NCBI GenBank assembly: GCA_035084275.1
Contig: CM068769.1
Span: 1,364,229-1,428,000, forward strand
Source of the DNA: Hydrolagus colliei
Taxonomy: Eukaryota
DNA length: 63,772 nt
Direction: 5' to 3'
The notes under the pieces are model-generated. The model made no database searches. It saw only the letters and a program-made list of their open reading frames with translations, and had not been told where the DNA came from. The translations under genes and the position numbers were made by a program. Every line of letters starts with the position of its first letter. The stretch's first letter is position 1. Shown here in pieces: positions 38,050-50,879 of the stretch.

Positions 38050-38600
38050 GATGTCACAATGCAGTGTATTTAATACTACACCAACAAAAGAGTCACATTT
38101 GGGACGTCCTCCCGACGTAACAGGCGATATGTAAGTACAATTGTGTTGCTGTTGTTCACGTTGGATGTACGTGCGAAGCCGCTGACCAGTCAGCTCGGGA
38201 ACTGAGCAATCGAGAGGGCAGGGTAGTGGGGAGGGACGTGAGAGAGGTGAGACTGGAGCGCGAGAGTCAGCAGCGAATGGACAGTCTGAGCAGGGCAGGA
38301 GAAGGCACGGTCGAAGAGTAGCGTCATGAGACCGACATTGAAGAAGGCTAGGGAGGTGAGGGAGGTAGTCTGTCGACGGGACTGTGGGAAGGTGATCCAG
38401 AGTGCAGCGAAAGAAAATCCGTCCACCGATAATAGGGCGTGTCAGGCGGGGGACATGGAGCAGATAGGAGACCGCTGAATGGAGGGGGAGTGGAGGTTTA
38501 TAGGAGTACAGCAGGTGGGAGAGTGGGGTGGTAGGGGTGGCGAGAGTGTGGTTCTCGGGCGTGGCATGGCCGTGAATTGCCTTGAAGGTGTGGACGAGGA
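38050..38600 (-). mobile_element. L2-like 3' fragment
   Basis: FEIKILVHTFKAIHGHA motif and gggaggacgtcccaa tail. Confidence 0.65.
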
Positions 38601-39138
38601 TCTTGATTTCGAAAACTGGTTGTGAAATGATAAAAATTATGCATTCTAATTTTTGTTGCATAAATAATAAACGATGCCCTCAATTCGTATTACCTCATGG
38701 GCCAACACAATCATGTCTTCAGTGTCTGCTCTTTTTCGAACCATTGATTGTATCTGCACATCCAGACCTGTTGTCACCTCTAATCCAAAGATGTCAAGCA
38801 GAGCATTGTGAACGATGTGTATTAACTGACGTGCCCATTGAACAGCCTAAGAAAGCAAGACCTTTGAAGTTATGTCAGTAACAGTAACATGATTATATTT
38901 TATCCTCATATTAATCTTGCATTCGACACAGCGTCTTATCATATATTTTGAAGTAATTAATACCAATGGAAAAGCAATTCACCAATTAACTAACAAACGG
39001 GTTTGAACTTACTGCTGGGTAAAAAGGGTGTTGCTTAAGAAAACTTCACCAAAGATTCGTCCTACATGGAATTGAACCCATGTTTCTCGCTGGCGATATG
39101 AGTGATCTAAACACTGAGCTACAGGACTAACACTTGAC

Positions 39139-40019
39139 AGTTTTTGTAGGGCGGAAGCACTGATCTGTGTCTCTGTGGGGCTCAGTGCACAGTAATACAC
39201 CGCCGAGTCAGTAACTCTCACTTGGGTTATATTTAACGGGACAATTCTTCCCACTTTATTCACTATCGTTGAGAATCGATTGTTGGTAAAGTCGGCATAT
39301 TGTGGTCTGTTGCGAGTGGACGTCCAACGGATATATTCTGGAGCTGTGTTTGGATAATGGCGGTACAAGAACAGATAGGGAGCGCTACTTGTACTTGTAT
39401 AATTACACCTCAGATACACATCCTCCACTTCCTTCATTGTCACAGTAGATTGGAGCTGTGTCACAGAGTCTCCTCCACAATGTCCTGGAAAACAGACTCA
39501 TATCAGCGTTCAGTAGAATAACAACAATTACAATAGTAATGTAGGCATATGACAAAACTACATATTGCGTCTTCGCGATGACTAAACGTCTACTATACTG
39601 AATATAGTGGAATGTATAGTATCTGTTTAATTTGCGGTCGTAACGTAGTAGACATTTTTACACAAAAGTTTTCCACAAACAGTCGTGGATTGAGCGTCTG
39701 TATTATCATTAGCAGTATTACTTACTGACAGATAATTACCCCCCAATGAAGGAACTGGCCAATGGGCCATGTTCAAAATTACTTCTCAGTTTTCACAGCA
39801 ATGAGTGATGAGTGACTAAACTTGCCCAATGTTTCGTCCTGTCCCGGCTGTGAAGAACCCAGATATTCTCGATTGTGACAACTCTATAAGGCTTGTTGTG
39901 TATTCTTTATGTTATGCCATCAACAACGAGCTGGATCATAAGTGCAGTTGGCTGACTATAGAATTAATTAATATCTTACCTGAGAAGGCAATGATGGCTG
40001 CTGCCACATATATATAAAT
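39139..40019 (-). pseudogene. TCR V family A segment, start codon lost and Trp41 to Leu
   Basis: Leader 39980-40019 begins ATT where the paralog has ATG, with an upstream in-frame TAA. V exon 39178-39484 is open (YLRCNY...YLFLYRH...DSAVYYCALSP). RSS CACAGAG-23-ACAAAAACT. Confidence 0.85.
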
Positions 40020-40508
40020 TGCCGTGTATATGTAAAGGGCGCTGATGGTTTAGTTGGATAACTTAGGCGGCGAAGCGGTAAGATAACGTGAGGACAGCTG
40101 AACACTGAATGACATAGAATGAGCTGGTCTGAAATCTATGTACAATCGTTGTGTCTTTGTCAATTTGCGTCATCTTCTCTGCTCACCCATCTCCCTATTC
40201 CATTGGATCTCTGCCATCACTGACATGTTTTTGATCCACCGGGTGGCTGACACGCAGGAATATGGTTAGTAGTCGACCGGTGAGTACGAGAGGTTTTAAC
40301 TCCGTGCTGTAACTCGGTGTTCAGAGCACTCGCCTTTCAAGTGTGTGTTCGTATCTAGGCAGATCAGGGAGAAAGCTTGCACAAGTTTCCTTACACCACA
40401 CACACTCCTAAAGATAATCCGTGCAAATAAAACCACCACAATAATTATATTGGTGATTTCAATCCACGATTGTTCGTGGGTCTGGCAGCCGCGTTTCGCC
40501 CACAAATA

Positions 40509-42710
40509 TAGAATAGATTAATAGATTCATAGATTCATAGATTCATAGACTTTTACGGCACAAAAGGAGGCCATTCAGCCCATCTAGTCTGTGCCGGCTC
40601 TTTGAAAAGAGCGATTCAATCCCACTGCCCTACCCGCTCCCCATAGCCTAATAGACCTGTTCTCCCTAAATAAAAATCTAATTCCCTTTTCAAAGTTGTT
40701 ATCGAATCAGCCTCCACCACCTTTTCAGGCAATGTATTACAGATTCGAACAACTCGCTGAGTGAAAAAAATTCTCCTCAGCTCCGCTCTACTTCGCCTTG
40801 AAACTATTTTAAATCTGTGACCACGAGTCACAGATTCACCCACGAGTGGAAATAGTTTTTCTCTATTTGCCCTGTCGAAACCCCTCATGATCTTATAAAC
40901 CTCTATTAGGTCTCCCCTCAATCTTCTCTGCTCCAGAGAGAATAACCCTAGCCTATCCAGCCTCTCCTCATAGCTGAAGTCCCTCAATCCTGGCACCATC
41001 CTAGTAAATCTTCGCTGCACCCTTTCCAATGCCTTCACATCCATTCTGTAGTGCGGTGACCAGAATTGAACACAGTATTCCAGCTGAGGCCACACCAAAT
41101 TCCTATAGAGGTTAGTCAGCACTTCCTGACTTTTGTACTCTATACCCCTATTTATAAAGCCTAGTATCCCATATGCCTTCTTAACAGCCTTGTCTACCTG
41201 TCCTGCCACCTTCAACGAGTCACTAACACAAATCCCCAGGTCTCTCTGTTCCTTCACACCATTTAAAATTGTACTACCTAGCCTATATTGCCTCCCTTCA
41301 TTTATTCTCCCAAAATGCATCACCTCACACTTCTCTGCATTAAACTTCATCTGCCATGTGTCTGCCCACTTTACCAATTTGTCTATATCTTCTTGCAGTT
41401 GGCTACTATCCTCCTCACTATTTACTATTCTCCCTAACTTAGTGTCATCTGCAAACTTGGAAACTGTGCTCCGTACACCCAAGTCCAGATCATTGATGTA
41501 GATTACAAACAGCAATGGTCCCAAAACTGATCCCTGTGGCACACCAATCCCTCCAATCTGAAAAACAGCCGCCCACTACAACTCTCTGCTTTCTGTCTCG
41601 CAGCCAGTTGTGGATCCACGCTGCCACTGTCCCTTTTACGCCATGGGCCTTTAATTTCATAATAAGTCTCTCATGTGGCACTTTGTCAAATGCCTTTTGA
41701 AAGTCCATGTAAACTACATCAACTGCGCTGCCATTATCCACCCATTCCGTTACCTCATCAAAAAAATTCTATCAGATTTGTAAGGCAAGATTTGCCTTTA
41801 ACAAATCCATGTTGACTGTCCTTTATTAGCCTATATCTTTCTAAGTGAAGATCTACCTTGTCCCTGATTATGGACGCTAGAAGTTTACCCACTACCGACG
41901 TTAGACTGACTGGTCTGTAGTTACCAGGCTTGTCCTTCTGCCCCCTTTTTATAAACGGGAGTATCATTAGCTATTCTCCAGTCCTCTGGCACGACCCCTG
42001 TGTCGAAGGAAGATTGATAGATCGTGGCCAGAGTCCCTGCTATTTGCTCCCGTGCCTCACTTAGTAACCTAGGGTGCATCCCATCCGGACCAGGTGACTT
42101 ATCCACCTTGAGCGACGTCAACCTTCTTAGAACTTCCTCTCTGGTTATAATTATTCTATCCATTTCTCCTACCCTCTCCTCTAATACCATGGCATTGGCT
42201 GTATCCTTTTCTTTTGTGAAGACAGAGGCGAAGTACTCATTCAGTACATCAGCCATGCCCTCTGCCTCCACAATGAGATTTCCTCCTTGGTCCCTAATTG
42301 GCCCCACCCTATCCTTGACCAACCTTTTACTCTTAATATGTTGGTAAAAAACCTTAGGTTTCCCCTTAGTCTTACTCGCTAATTGTTTTTCATGCAGTCT
42401 CTTTGCCCCTCTAACTTCCTTTTTTAGTTCTATCCTACACTTCCTATATTCTGCTTGATTCCCTTCTGAATTTTGAGCCTGACACTTATCATAAGCCTCT
42501 TTTATTTGTTTTATTTTGGCCCCGATTTCCTTAGTCATCCAGGGAGGTTTGCATGCCTTACATTTCACATTTGTGAGGAAGCTTTTGACCTGTGCCTGAA
42601 CTATCTCCTCTTTGAACGCTGCCCACTGCTCGTTAGTTGTCTTACCTGCCAATTTTTCTTTCCAATCCACCTTGGCTAGGTCCCACCTCATCTCATTGAA
42701 ATTAGCCCTG
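40509..42710 (-). mobile_element. 5'-truncated CR1 LINE with frameshifted ORF2/RT
   Basis: Consecutive ORFs 41921-42691, 41758-41967, 41490-41741 and 40616-41542 (PQGSVLGPLLF, FADDTKL); (ATGAATCT)n tail; interrupts a SINE. Confidence 0.93.
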
Positions 42711-43019
42711 AAACATACATTCAGTTCACTTTACAGTATATTATTTGAAGCACTTTAAGACCTCGATAAGATTCGAAAAGCGCTGTTTCATTTGCAAGAA
42801 TTACTATTATTAATGAATTACTGTTTCCTTTCCAGGGGCATCATTTGCTTGTCAAATATGTAACTCAAAATACGTCTGTCTTTGGGACAATTCTGCTTTG
42901 TATGATTGGTGGACAATCGAGTGATAATGTTTCTTGAATGGATTAAAATCCTGGTAAAGGCGACATGCTAATTAACAATTAAATGGGGCCCTACTCACAC
43001 TTCCGCAAACAGCCAGTAA

Positions 43020-43607
43020 TGAGAAGTCAGCTCGTCTGACTTGTACGCATACTAGTTATCTGCAAATCTGCACTATGCTTTCCTTAACCTTTGGTCAGCA
43101 CTCATGAGCCTGTTTAGCAATAAGAGGAAAACAGGAGCGATGTTATGATTTTTAGGACATACCATTGTTCGGTTGTTTGACCAAACTGACGCCTATACTG
43201 CCTTGTTGTTGCATAGAAAGCTCTAGGCTTGTTTATCATATTTCACTACAAGGCTATGATATTATTGTTAGCTCCAGGCTTCGAGGCTCCGAGGCCTATC
43301 TTGTTATTAGAAAGCTCTAGGCATATCTTATTATTGTACGCTATAGCTGGCTTATGTCTCATTGACTTTTATGATGCAATTGCAAGACCATGTTGTTTGT
43401 AGCCCGGCATGAGTCATGTGGCGGAAAATGTATAACTACCCATGTAAAGGTTGCTCTATGTGTACACTTGGAGTAGACAGACGAGAGTCTGTACCTAAGG
43501 TGTACACCGCTTTGCAAATGCTGAATAAACTTGTTGAACTACACACCCGAGTCACATATTTGTGAACAGAACCAGCAACCAAGGTACCGAGTCGAACCAG
43601 TTTCTCA
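43020..43607 (+). repeat. 5' LTR
   Basis: Direct repeat of 50277-50864, about 6 substitutions by eye; AATAAA present. Confidence 0.95.
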
Positions 43608-43609
43608 TT

Positions 43610-43627
43610 TGGCGAAGAGGATGGGAT
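43610..43627 (+). promoter_or_regulatory. Primer binding site, tRNA-Ser(GCU)-like
   Basis: TGGCGAAGAGGATGGGAT, one mismatch to the complement of the vertebrate tRNA-Ser(GCU) 3' end as recalled (ATCCCATCCTCGTCGCCA). Confidence 0.75.
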
Positions 43628-43832
43628 CTCGTGATGACTGAAGCAGTGTGTCGACGGCGGAACAATCCCTGAGTTTTTACCTAAGTGAAATTGGCCACCA
43701 CAGTGAGTATATCATATATGAATACTCTCAGTGTTTTTCACCTACGTAATTAAACTCTGTGGATGCCTCAACTGTAAACATAACTGACAGTCGTTAATGA
43801 GATCAAAATAGTAAAAGGTTGGCGGGTGTGTA

Positions 43833-44187
43833 CTTGCGGTGTGCATTGATTAAAAAGCACAGGTAATATTGGTTGAAAAAAAAAGGTTAAAGCGCAGATA
43901 AAACTTACGGTGTGCATTGGTTAAAAAGCACAGGTAATGTTGGTTAAAAAAAAGGTTAAAGCGCAGATAAAACTTACGGTGTGCATTGGTTAAAAGGCAC
44001 AGGTAATGTTGGTTGAAAAAAAAGGTTAAAGCGCAGATAAAACTTACGGTGTGCATTGGTTAAAAAGCACAGGTAATGTTGGTTGAAAAAAAAGGTTAAA
44101 GCGCAGATAAAACTTACGGTGTGCATTGGTTAAAAAGCACAGGTAATGTTGGTTGAAAAAAAAGGTTAAAGCGCAGGTAAAACTTAC
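43833..44187 (+). repeat. About 70-bp tandem repeat, about 5 copies, in the ERV 5' leader
   Basis: cttacggtgtgcattgg...gcgcagataaaa recurs at 43904, 43973, 44043, 44113 and (partial) 44183. Confidence 0.92.
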
Positions 44188-44252
44188 TTGATTGTAAGGA
44201 CCGTTGACGGAATATAAAAGCATATATATAAAAAAACTGGTTAAGAAAAAGT

Positions 44253-44900
44253 ATGGGTAATATAGTGGATAAAACTGAGGGGCCGTGTCCCCTAACGTCT
44301 ATGTGTAAAGTGTTGCCAGAAAATCAGAAAGAGTTGCGATTAGTTTCGGGTCTGTTAAATAAACAATTGGGAGAGACAGTATGGCCTCTGGGAGGTTCAA
44401 ATGATGTGACTGTACTAAAAAAAAGTGCAAGAATTGGTATGGAATAAAGATAAATATAAGCCATGTAGAAAACTGGTGAGAGTATGGTTAGAGGAAGCTA
44501 TGAGAAAACAGGCAAAAGAAACGTTGTCCAGTTGGCAAAACACTGCTGAAAGACACGGTATATGTGTGACGCGCGATGGAGTGTGTAAACCGCTGGACAA
44601 ATTTGGAATGTAAAGAGTTAAGCGCAAAATTAACGCAGCTAGGAGGATTAACATCCAGTGAAGACTCACTAACAGAATGGGGCGCACGCCCCATATATCC
44701 CTAAATACCTCCTTCACCACCGCCCTATTTGGCTCCCCCTCCCTCTGTTCATCCTACCCCATCAGCCCTGGCTTCAGGACAAGTGCAGGAGGCAACTAGG
44801 TTTTCAGGGGAACCAGCCGAAAACACACGGTTTCGGACGCGAGTGAAAATGCGCCAGAAACCTGTACCCGTTTCCTCCCCTGAGGATGGTCCCAATTGTT
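44253..44900 (+). pseudogene. gag: ERV gag N-terminal remnant
   Basis: MGNIVDK (myristoylation Gly), WPLGGS matrix-like motif, later Pro-rich segment; frameshifted. Confidence 0.6.
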
Positions 44901-46399
44901 TATTTAAAAGTAGAATAAGAACATTAAAGTTTAAGGTTGTAAAGAATAAGATTTCAAGTATAAGAATTTGTGAAGTACTACACATGAAACTAAAGTATAA
45001 GGTTTTAGAGTATGTATTGATAAAAAAATATATTATTTAATACAATTGTTTTATATGTTTAATTATGTTATGCTACAACAGATAATTGAAAGTCACAGAC
45101 CAGACAGTCGAAAACCAAATGTATATTGATAAAAAAATTGATTAAAAAATTAAATGTAGAGACTTACGTTCGAAAATTCAAACAAGTCAGGCATTTTTTT
45201 TAAATTAACCTGACTGAGAATCCGTTTTATTTAATACGTAAAAACACATAAAATTGAAATGAAAACAATTTGGATTTGATGTTCCAATAACACCACTTGT
45301 TCTGATTAAAAAGAAAGTGTGATGACAAAATGTCAGGTGAAAAAAAAACAAATTTTAAGCAATTGCTACCTGAATTTACGGTCTCTATGGGGTATGTTGC
45401 GACCCTTTGAATGAGTATTTGGGGAAGCCCAAAAGTCACAACATGAGTTTGAGGCCACTCTGCATATTATTGATAGACTTGTGCCTCCCTAACTATTCTT
45501 TACAAAGAGTAATCCGAACAGTCACAATACTCCTAATTGAAAGATTTTCCCCGAAGGAAGTTGTGAGTGTACAGTCCTTAAGAAAACTTGAGCTCAATGT
45601 GTTACCTTTTTTTGTGTGTAAAAGATGTGTAAAAAAATGTTTGTACCTGTATATGGTTTAGCTTGAATGAGCAGTAATTAAAAAAGAAAGCAAATTGAAG
45701 AGAAGCTTTTGTTGTATGGTTTATGTAATGTATGCATTTAAAGAGGACAATGGTTGGTCTGACTTTGCTCTGGACGCAGAGTACAGCCAGATTTCATCCA
45801 TGTTCCATAGGTTTGGATTATTTAAAAAGTACCGGACCGTGATAGGTCTGACTTTTCTCTGGACGCGGAGTATAAGCCAGATACTACCCACGTTCCATAT
45901 GTACTGAGTAATAGCACAGTAAAAATACAACCAATAATTTGGAATATTTGACGCAAGAATGAAGCGATAAAGTAGAGTAAACTTTGAAGATATAAGATTT
46001 TTTTTAAAAAAAGCCTGATATATTTTATGTATCATTTATTTTGTGTATTCCAGCATTTACTTAAAATGTTTGTAGAAATTAAATATGGATAAATATAGCT
46101 TGTGGCTGTTAACTTGCAGCAATTAGAATTTACTGCAGCCATTGACTGTGGGCAGTTTAAATTCACTGACTGCAGGCACTCTGGTTTATGTGGACAAAAT
46201 GACTTTACGTAACCCTTTGGTTTCCACATCAGCTGAAAGTGTTTCTGTAGGTAATGATAATGTCATGTTAACAACTGAAAATGTTTAAAGAAACGTGAGA
46301 TTTCACCTTGTAATTTAGTTCTTACAGATACTGGCAAGAATGGCATTCCATGCAGCCACTTCTTCTGGGATAATTTGTACTTTTCGCTCCAACTCCTTA

Positions 46400-47970
46400 C
46401 AGGATGGAACCCCAGTCTGTATGAAGAAACTGGTTCCTCCTAAATCTGCCCAAGCCTGTCAACTAATTGCCCTTGCTGAGGCTTGTAAACACGCTGTGGG
46501 AAAACCGGTTACCATATATACTGACTCTCGCTATGCCTTTGGCGTAGTTCATGATTTGGTAGGTTGTGGGAGAACCGTGGATTTCTAACTTCATCCGGTC
46601 ATCCCATTTCTAACGGTACTGAGGTTGTCGACCTCCTACAATCTGCTCTGCAACCTGCTCAGTTAGCGGTTGTGAAATGTTCTGCCCACACGTTGGCCGA
46701 GGATCCGGTCTCACTTGGAAATGGACATGCGGATAGATGTGCCAAACTAGTGGCTGAGGCCCCACATGGTACCTATCCCGTTAAAACTGTGGTTCCCGTT
46801 ATTCTAAAAGACCGTACTAACATGCCTTCTGTTTATGATATTGTGTTACTCCAGGAGGACGCTCCGGTGGCAACTCGTCAGTCAAGGGTTGACGAAGGCT
46901 GTGCCCTATCCGAGGAAGGGGTCTGGATGACCCCTGTCGGTCAGACCTGCATGACTGATGAGCTGGCAGGATGGGTAGTCGCCTGCGGTCACCAACAGAC
47001 TCATTCGGGGGGTAAACAACTCTCTGAGTGGCTCCTTCAGACCTGGTGGCACCCACGCATGTTGCAGCTGTCTGAGAAGGCTGTCCTCCGGTGCCTGTTG
47101 CGCTCTGAGCACAATCCTGGGAAAGGGTTCCCAGTGGTCACCGGTGCTACCCCTGTTCCTCAGCTCCCTTTTGAGGTTCTCCAGATGGATTTTATTCAAC
47201 TGCCTAAATGTCAGAATTTCAACTATGTATTGGTTATTATTGATGTATTTTCCCGTTGGGTGGAAGCATTTCCAACGGTAAACAATAATGCAGAAACGGT
47301 TGTGCGATTGTTGTTAAGGAAAATAATTCCTCGATTTGGGGTGCCTGGCAGATTGGTTTCTGATAATGGTCCCCATTTTATTGCATCAGTCAATCGCTCA
47401 TTGTGTTCCCATTTAGACAATAAGCAGTCATTTCATTGTGTGTATCATCCAAAGGCGGCAGGAATGGTGGAAAGAGTTAATCAGACAATTAACACTAAAC
47501 TGACAAAAATCACCAGGGGCCAGGGATCCTTCTGGGTCCGCATTTTGCCTCTCGTGCTGTTTCAGATACGATCCGCCCCCACTGGGACTGGTCGTTTATC
47601 ACCCGCAGAAATTATATATGGACGCTCATTGATAGGCCCTTGGTCTGCTCCCGCCTCCTCTCCACTTACTCATATGTCTGCTGACATGGTTCAATACATA
47701 AAATCTCTCTCCACCATTCTCCGTATCAATCAAACTACTGTTCCCCCGACGTCCACCTCTGTCATCGTCCCCGATCCCCCCTTGCGCCCAGGTGATTATG
47801 TCATGACTCGAAACTGGGTCAGGAAATCCCTTGACTCCCGGTGGATCGGTCCCTTTCAGGTTCTCCTCTCTACTCCGACTGCGGTAAAATTAGAGGGGAG
47901 AGATAACTGGGTTCACATACATGATTGTAAAAGACATGATGCTACTGCCCTCACCACTGTCCCGTCCTAG
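46400..47970 (+). pseudogene. pol: ERV pol RNase H C-terminus and integrase
   Basis: SAQACQLIAL, IYTDSRYAFG; integrase HQQTH...CLLR, QMDF / SDNG / GMVER catalytic triad, and WIGPFQVLLSTPTAVK. Confidence 0.9.
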
Positions 47971-48139
47971 GGCACAATTTTGTTCCTACAGAGGCCTTGA
48001 AGAAGGAGTGGAAATTGCATCAGTCTCAAAATGGCAGCCCGTGGAGTGTTCGTTGAAACGAAGAAACCTTTGCAGCCCCAGGGTGACTATCGACCCTTGC
48101 TCCCGACGGAGAAGGGAGGAACAACAGGATCAGGAGCAG

Positions 48140-48572
48140 AAATGAAGGGACCACAACGAGGATTTCGGGGTCCTAAGACATTCCAAGGCTATGTCATGTT
48201 CAGTGTCATTTTATTTGTCCAAGTGACAGGGGAGAAGTCAGCTCCCCTTCCTTTCCAACCTGGTCATTGGGCTAATGTCATTGGGCTAATGTCATAAAGT
48301 CATATCTAATGACTTCTCACAAGATAGCCAGATTATTGGATAAAGAGGATTGTTGGGTTTGTTGTCAGTTCCCCCACAGTTCCACTTCAGGCACTCCGAT
48401 GCATGCCATTCCCTTTACCATGTCACAAAATATTGAATGGTTGAAACGAATGGCTGGCTGGGATGGACGCAGCAAGAGTAGGAACGCCCCAAACGATTTA
48501 TGGATAGAACTTAACGGCCAGATTAACCGCTGCAATCATAATCATTCCCTGAGCAGCTTTACACATTGGTAA
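48140..48572 (+). pseudogene. env: ERV env SU N-terminal remnant
   Basis: Hydrophobic signal-like segment and DCWVCCQFPHSS...PMHAIPF; interrupted. Confidence 0.65.
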
Positions 48573-48689
48573 CTGTATGTGTTTTGTATGTGTCGGGTAT
48601 TGTAGAGTGTGAGGTGATGGGGTCGATAGGTTGAATAAACACCATACAGTTCAAGAACTGATAGTATTCAGAATGTCAATATACTGTAA

Positions 48690-49040
48690 TTTTACTAATC
48701 CAAGAGACACCTGAAATAGACCACACCCTATTACGAGAAATGCAAGGTGAAGCAAAATCACCAGAGGTATATACGCATATGGGAAAACCATAAATGCACC
48801 AAAACAGCTGAGGGGTTGTGGATAGGGCCGGATGAATTACCAGTATTACCAAAAGCATTGTTTCCCATAGCGGCTGAATTGAGCCATGGTAAATGTCATG
48901 TCTCAAAAGGAGGGATGGTATCTATGGTAAACAGCAGATATATAAACTTCTTATACAAAAAATGTTTTTTTGTAAGAAGTGTCTCACATGTTTACAGAAC
49001 AACCCGCAGGGAGGGATGACATGTCCAAAAGGGAAAATTG
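48690..49040 (+). pseudogene. Second, divergent integrase HHCC fragment inside env
   Basis: GLWIGPDELPVLPK...SHGKCH...CKKCLTCLQNNP (H-x3-H, C-x2-C); sequence unlike the integrase at 46564. Confidence 0.7.
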
Positions 49041-49719
49041 TTGTGGCTGTACTGTTTATGTTAATAATGATATCATTGATAATGATGTGCTGTAATTACA
49101 GATGCTAAAATAAGTTGCAACAATTGATGTGGTGGCTGAGGTAAAAGGGAATTGTGAAGATTTTGATAACGATGATGGTAATCAGTTTGACTCACTCGAG
49201 GTGGGAACTGGACATTCTGGTCTTGTCTTACATTGACCAAAAAAGGAAATTCTAAAGATTCATGGACTTGTTTGCTGAAACAAAACGGACTCTATGGACT
49301 TTCGAGGACATTTTACCAGTGAATGGTCAAAACGAGCTGTTGAATTTCTCACTACAGATTTGGATGCGTGACCAAAAAGGTCTCAGTTGGAGAACAAAGA
49401 AGACAAGTCTAACCGATCTTGGAAAAAAAAAAGGAGATATTCTACAATCAACACAAACTGTACTATGTTTTTTAAAAAAGTCGATTCCTAATCACAGCCA
49501 CTGTATCAATCTGCTTAATTAATTGTACTGAACTGTACTTCTCATGTCTTATGTTTTTGTGATTTTATAATGTCTTATGGTTTTATACTTTTCTGCTTAC
49601 ATGCTATTTACACCGAGGGCTGCGCAGGAATGATGCAAAAGGGATTTACAACTTGCTAAATTAATACAGGCGTAGTTCAGTTGTGAGAGATCAAAAAATG
49701 TATTTTCTCACTCTCAAGA

Positions 49720-50244
49720 TGGGGTCTGTTGGGATATGGGTTGTACCGTAATAATCACGAATTGGAAGCATTGGAAGCTGTGCTCGAATCTGGTGCAAAT
49801 GACACTGCTGACGCATTAGATGCTCAAACCGCAGAAATGGTGGCCATCCGTAAGGTTGCGTTACAGAATCGTATGGCCTTGGATATGATGCTAGCTGAAA
49901 AAGGTGGTACATGCACCCTCATTGGGTCCGAATGCTGCACCTATATTCCGGACAGTTCCCACAATATAACCCAGCTAACTAAACATATTCGGGACAAAGT
50001 TTCCGAATTGTCCCGTAACAACGGAAATCCGGGAATATGGGGTTGGTTGACCGATTGGTCAATTAGCGGTTGGATGACAAAAATTTTTACATTTATTATC
50101 ATAATTGTCCTAATCCTGGTAGTCGTATTGTGCTGTTGCCTACCCTTACTAAAGAAAATTGTACTATCTATGATGACAGGCTGGGAAGCCCCGGCAGCAA
50201 TGCTGTACATGGCTCCTCGCGATGATTGCTCTGCATTTGAGTAG
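49720..50244 (+). pseudogene. env: ERV env TM subunit (gamma-type)
   Basis: Immunosuppressive domain LQNRMALDMMLAEKGGT, CX6CC (CTLIGSECC), transmembrane helix and stop before the PPT. Confidence 0.9.
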
Positions 50245-50263
50245 CAAGTTGTCATGGAATGAC

Positions 50264-50276
50264 AAAAAGGAAGGAA
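50264..50276 (+). promoter_or_regulatory. Polypurine tract
   Basis: AAAAAGGAAGGAA abuts the 3' LTR. Confidence 0.85.
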
Positions 50277-50864
50277 TGAGAAGTCAGCTCGTCTGACTTG
50301 TACGCATACTAGTTATCTGCAAATCTGCACTATGCTTTCCTTAACCTTTGGTCAGCACTCATGAGCCTGTTTAGCAATAAGAGGAAAACAGGAGCGATGT
50401 TATGATTTTTAGGACATACCATTGTTCGGTTGTTTGACCAAACTGACGCCTATACTGCCTTGGTGTTGCATAGAAAGCTCTAGGCTTGTTTATCATATTT
50501 CACTACAAGGCTATGATATTATTGTTAGCTCCAGGCTTCGAGGCTCCGAGGCCTATCTTGTTATTAGAAAGCTCTAGGCATATCTTATTATTGTACGCTA
50601 TAGCTGGCTTATGTCTCATTGACTTTTATGATGCAGTTGCAAGACCATGTTGTTTGTAGCCCGGCATGAGTCATGTGGCGGAAAATGTATAACTACCCAT
50701 GTAAAGGATGCTCTATGTGTACACTTGGAGTAGACGGACGAGAGTCTGTACCTAAGGTGTACACCGCTTTGCAAATGCTGAATAAACTTGTTGAACTACA
50801 CACCCGAGTCACATATTTGTGAACAGAACCACCAACCAAGGTACCGAGACGAACCAGTTTCTCA
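50277..50864 (+). repeat. 3' LTR
   Basis: Direct repeat of the 5' LTR. Confidence 0.95.
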
Positions 50865-50879
50865 GTAATACTAGTAATC

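Larger units (their letters stand above)
43020..50864 (+). mobile_element. Endogenous retrovirus (gamma/epsilon-type), defective provirus
   Basis: Two 588-bp LTRs (TGAGAA...TTCTCA), GTAA target-site duplication (43016-43019, 50865-50868), PBS, PPT, and gag, RNase H-integrase and env remnants. Confidence 0.95.

Noticed and set aside
43833-44187. Regular repeat array resembling CRISPR
   Set aside because: No unique spacers; head-to-tail tandem repeat inside a vertebrate ERV.
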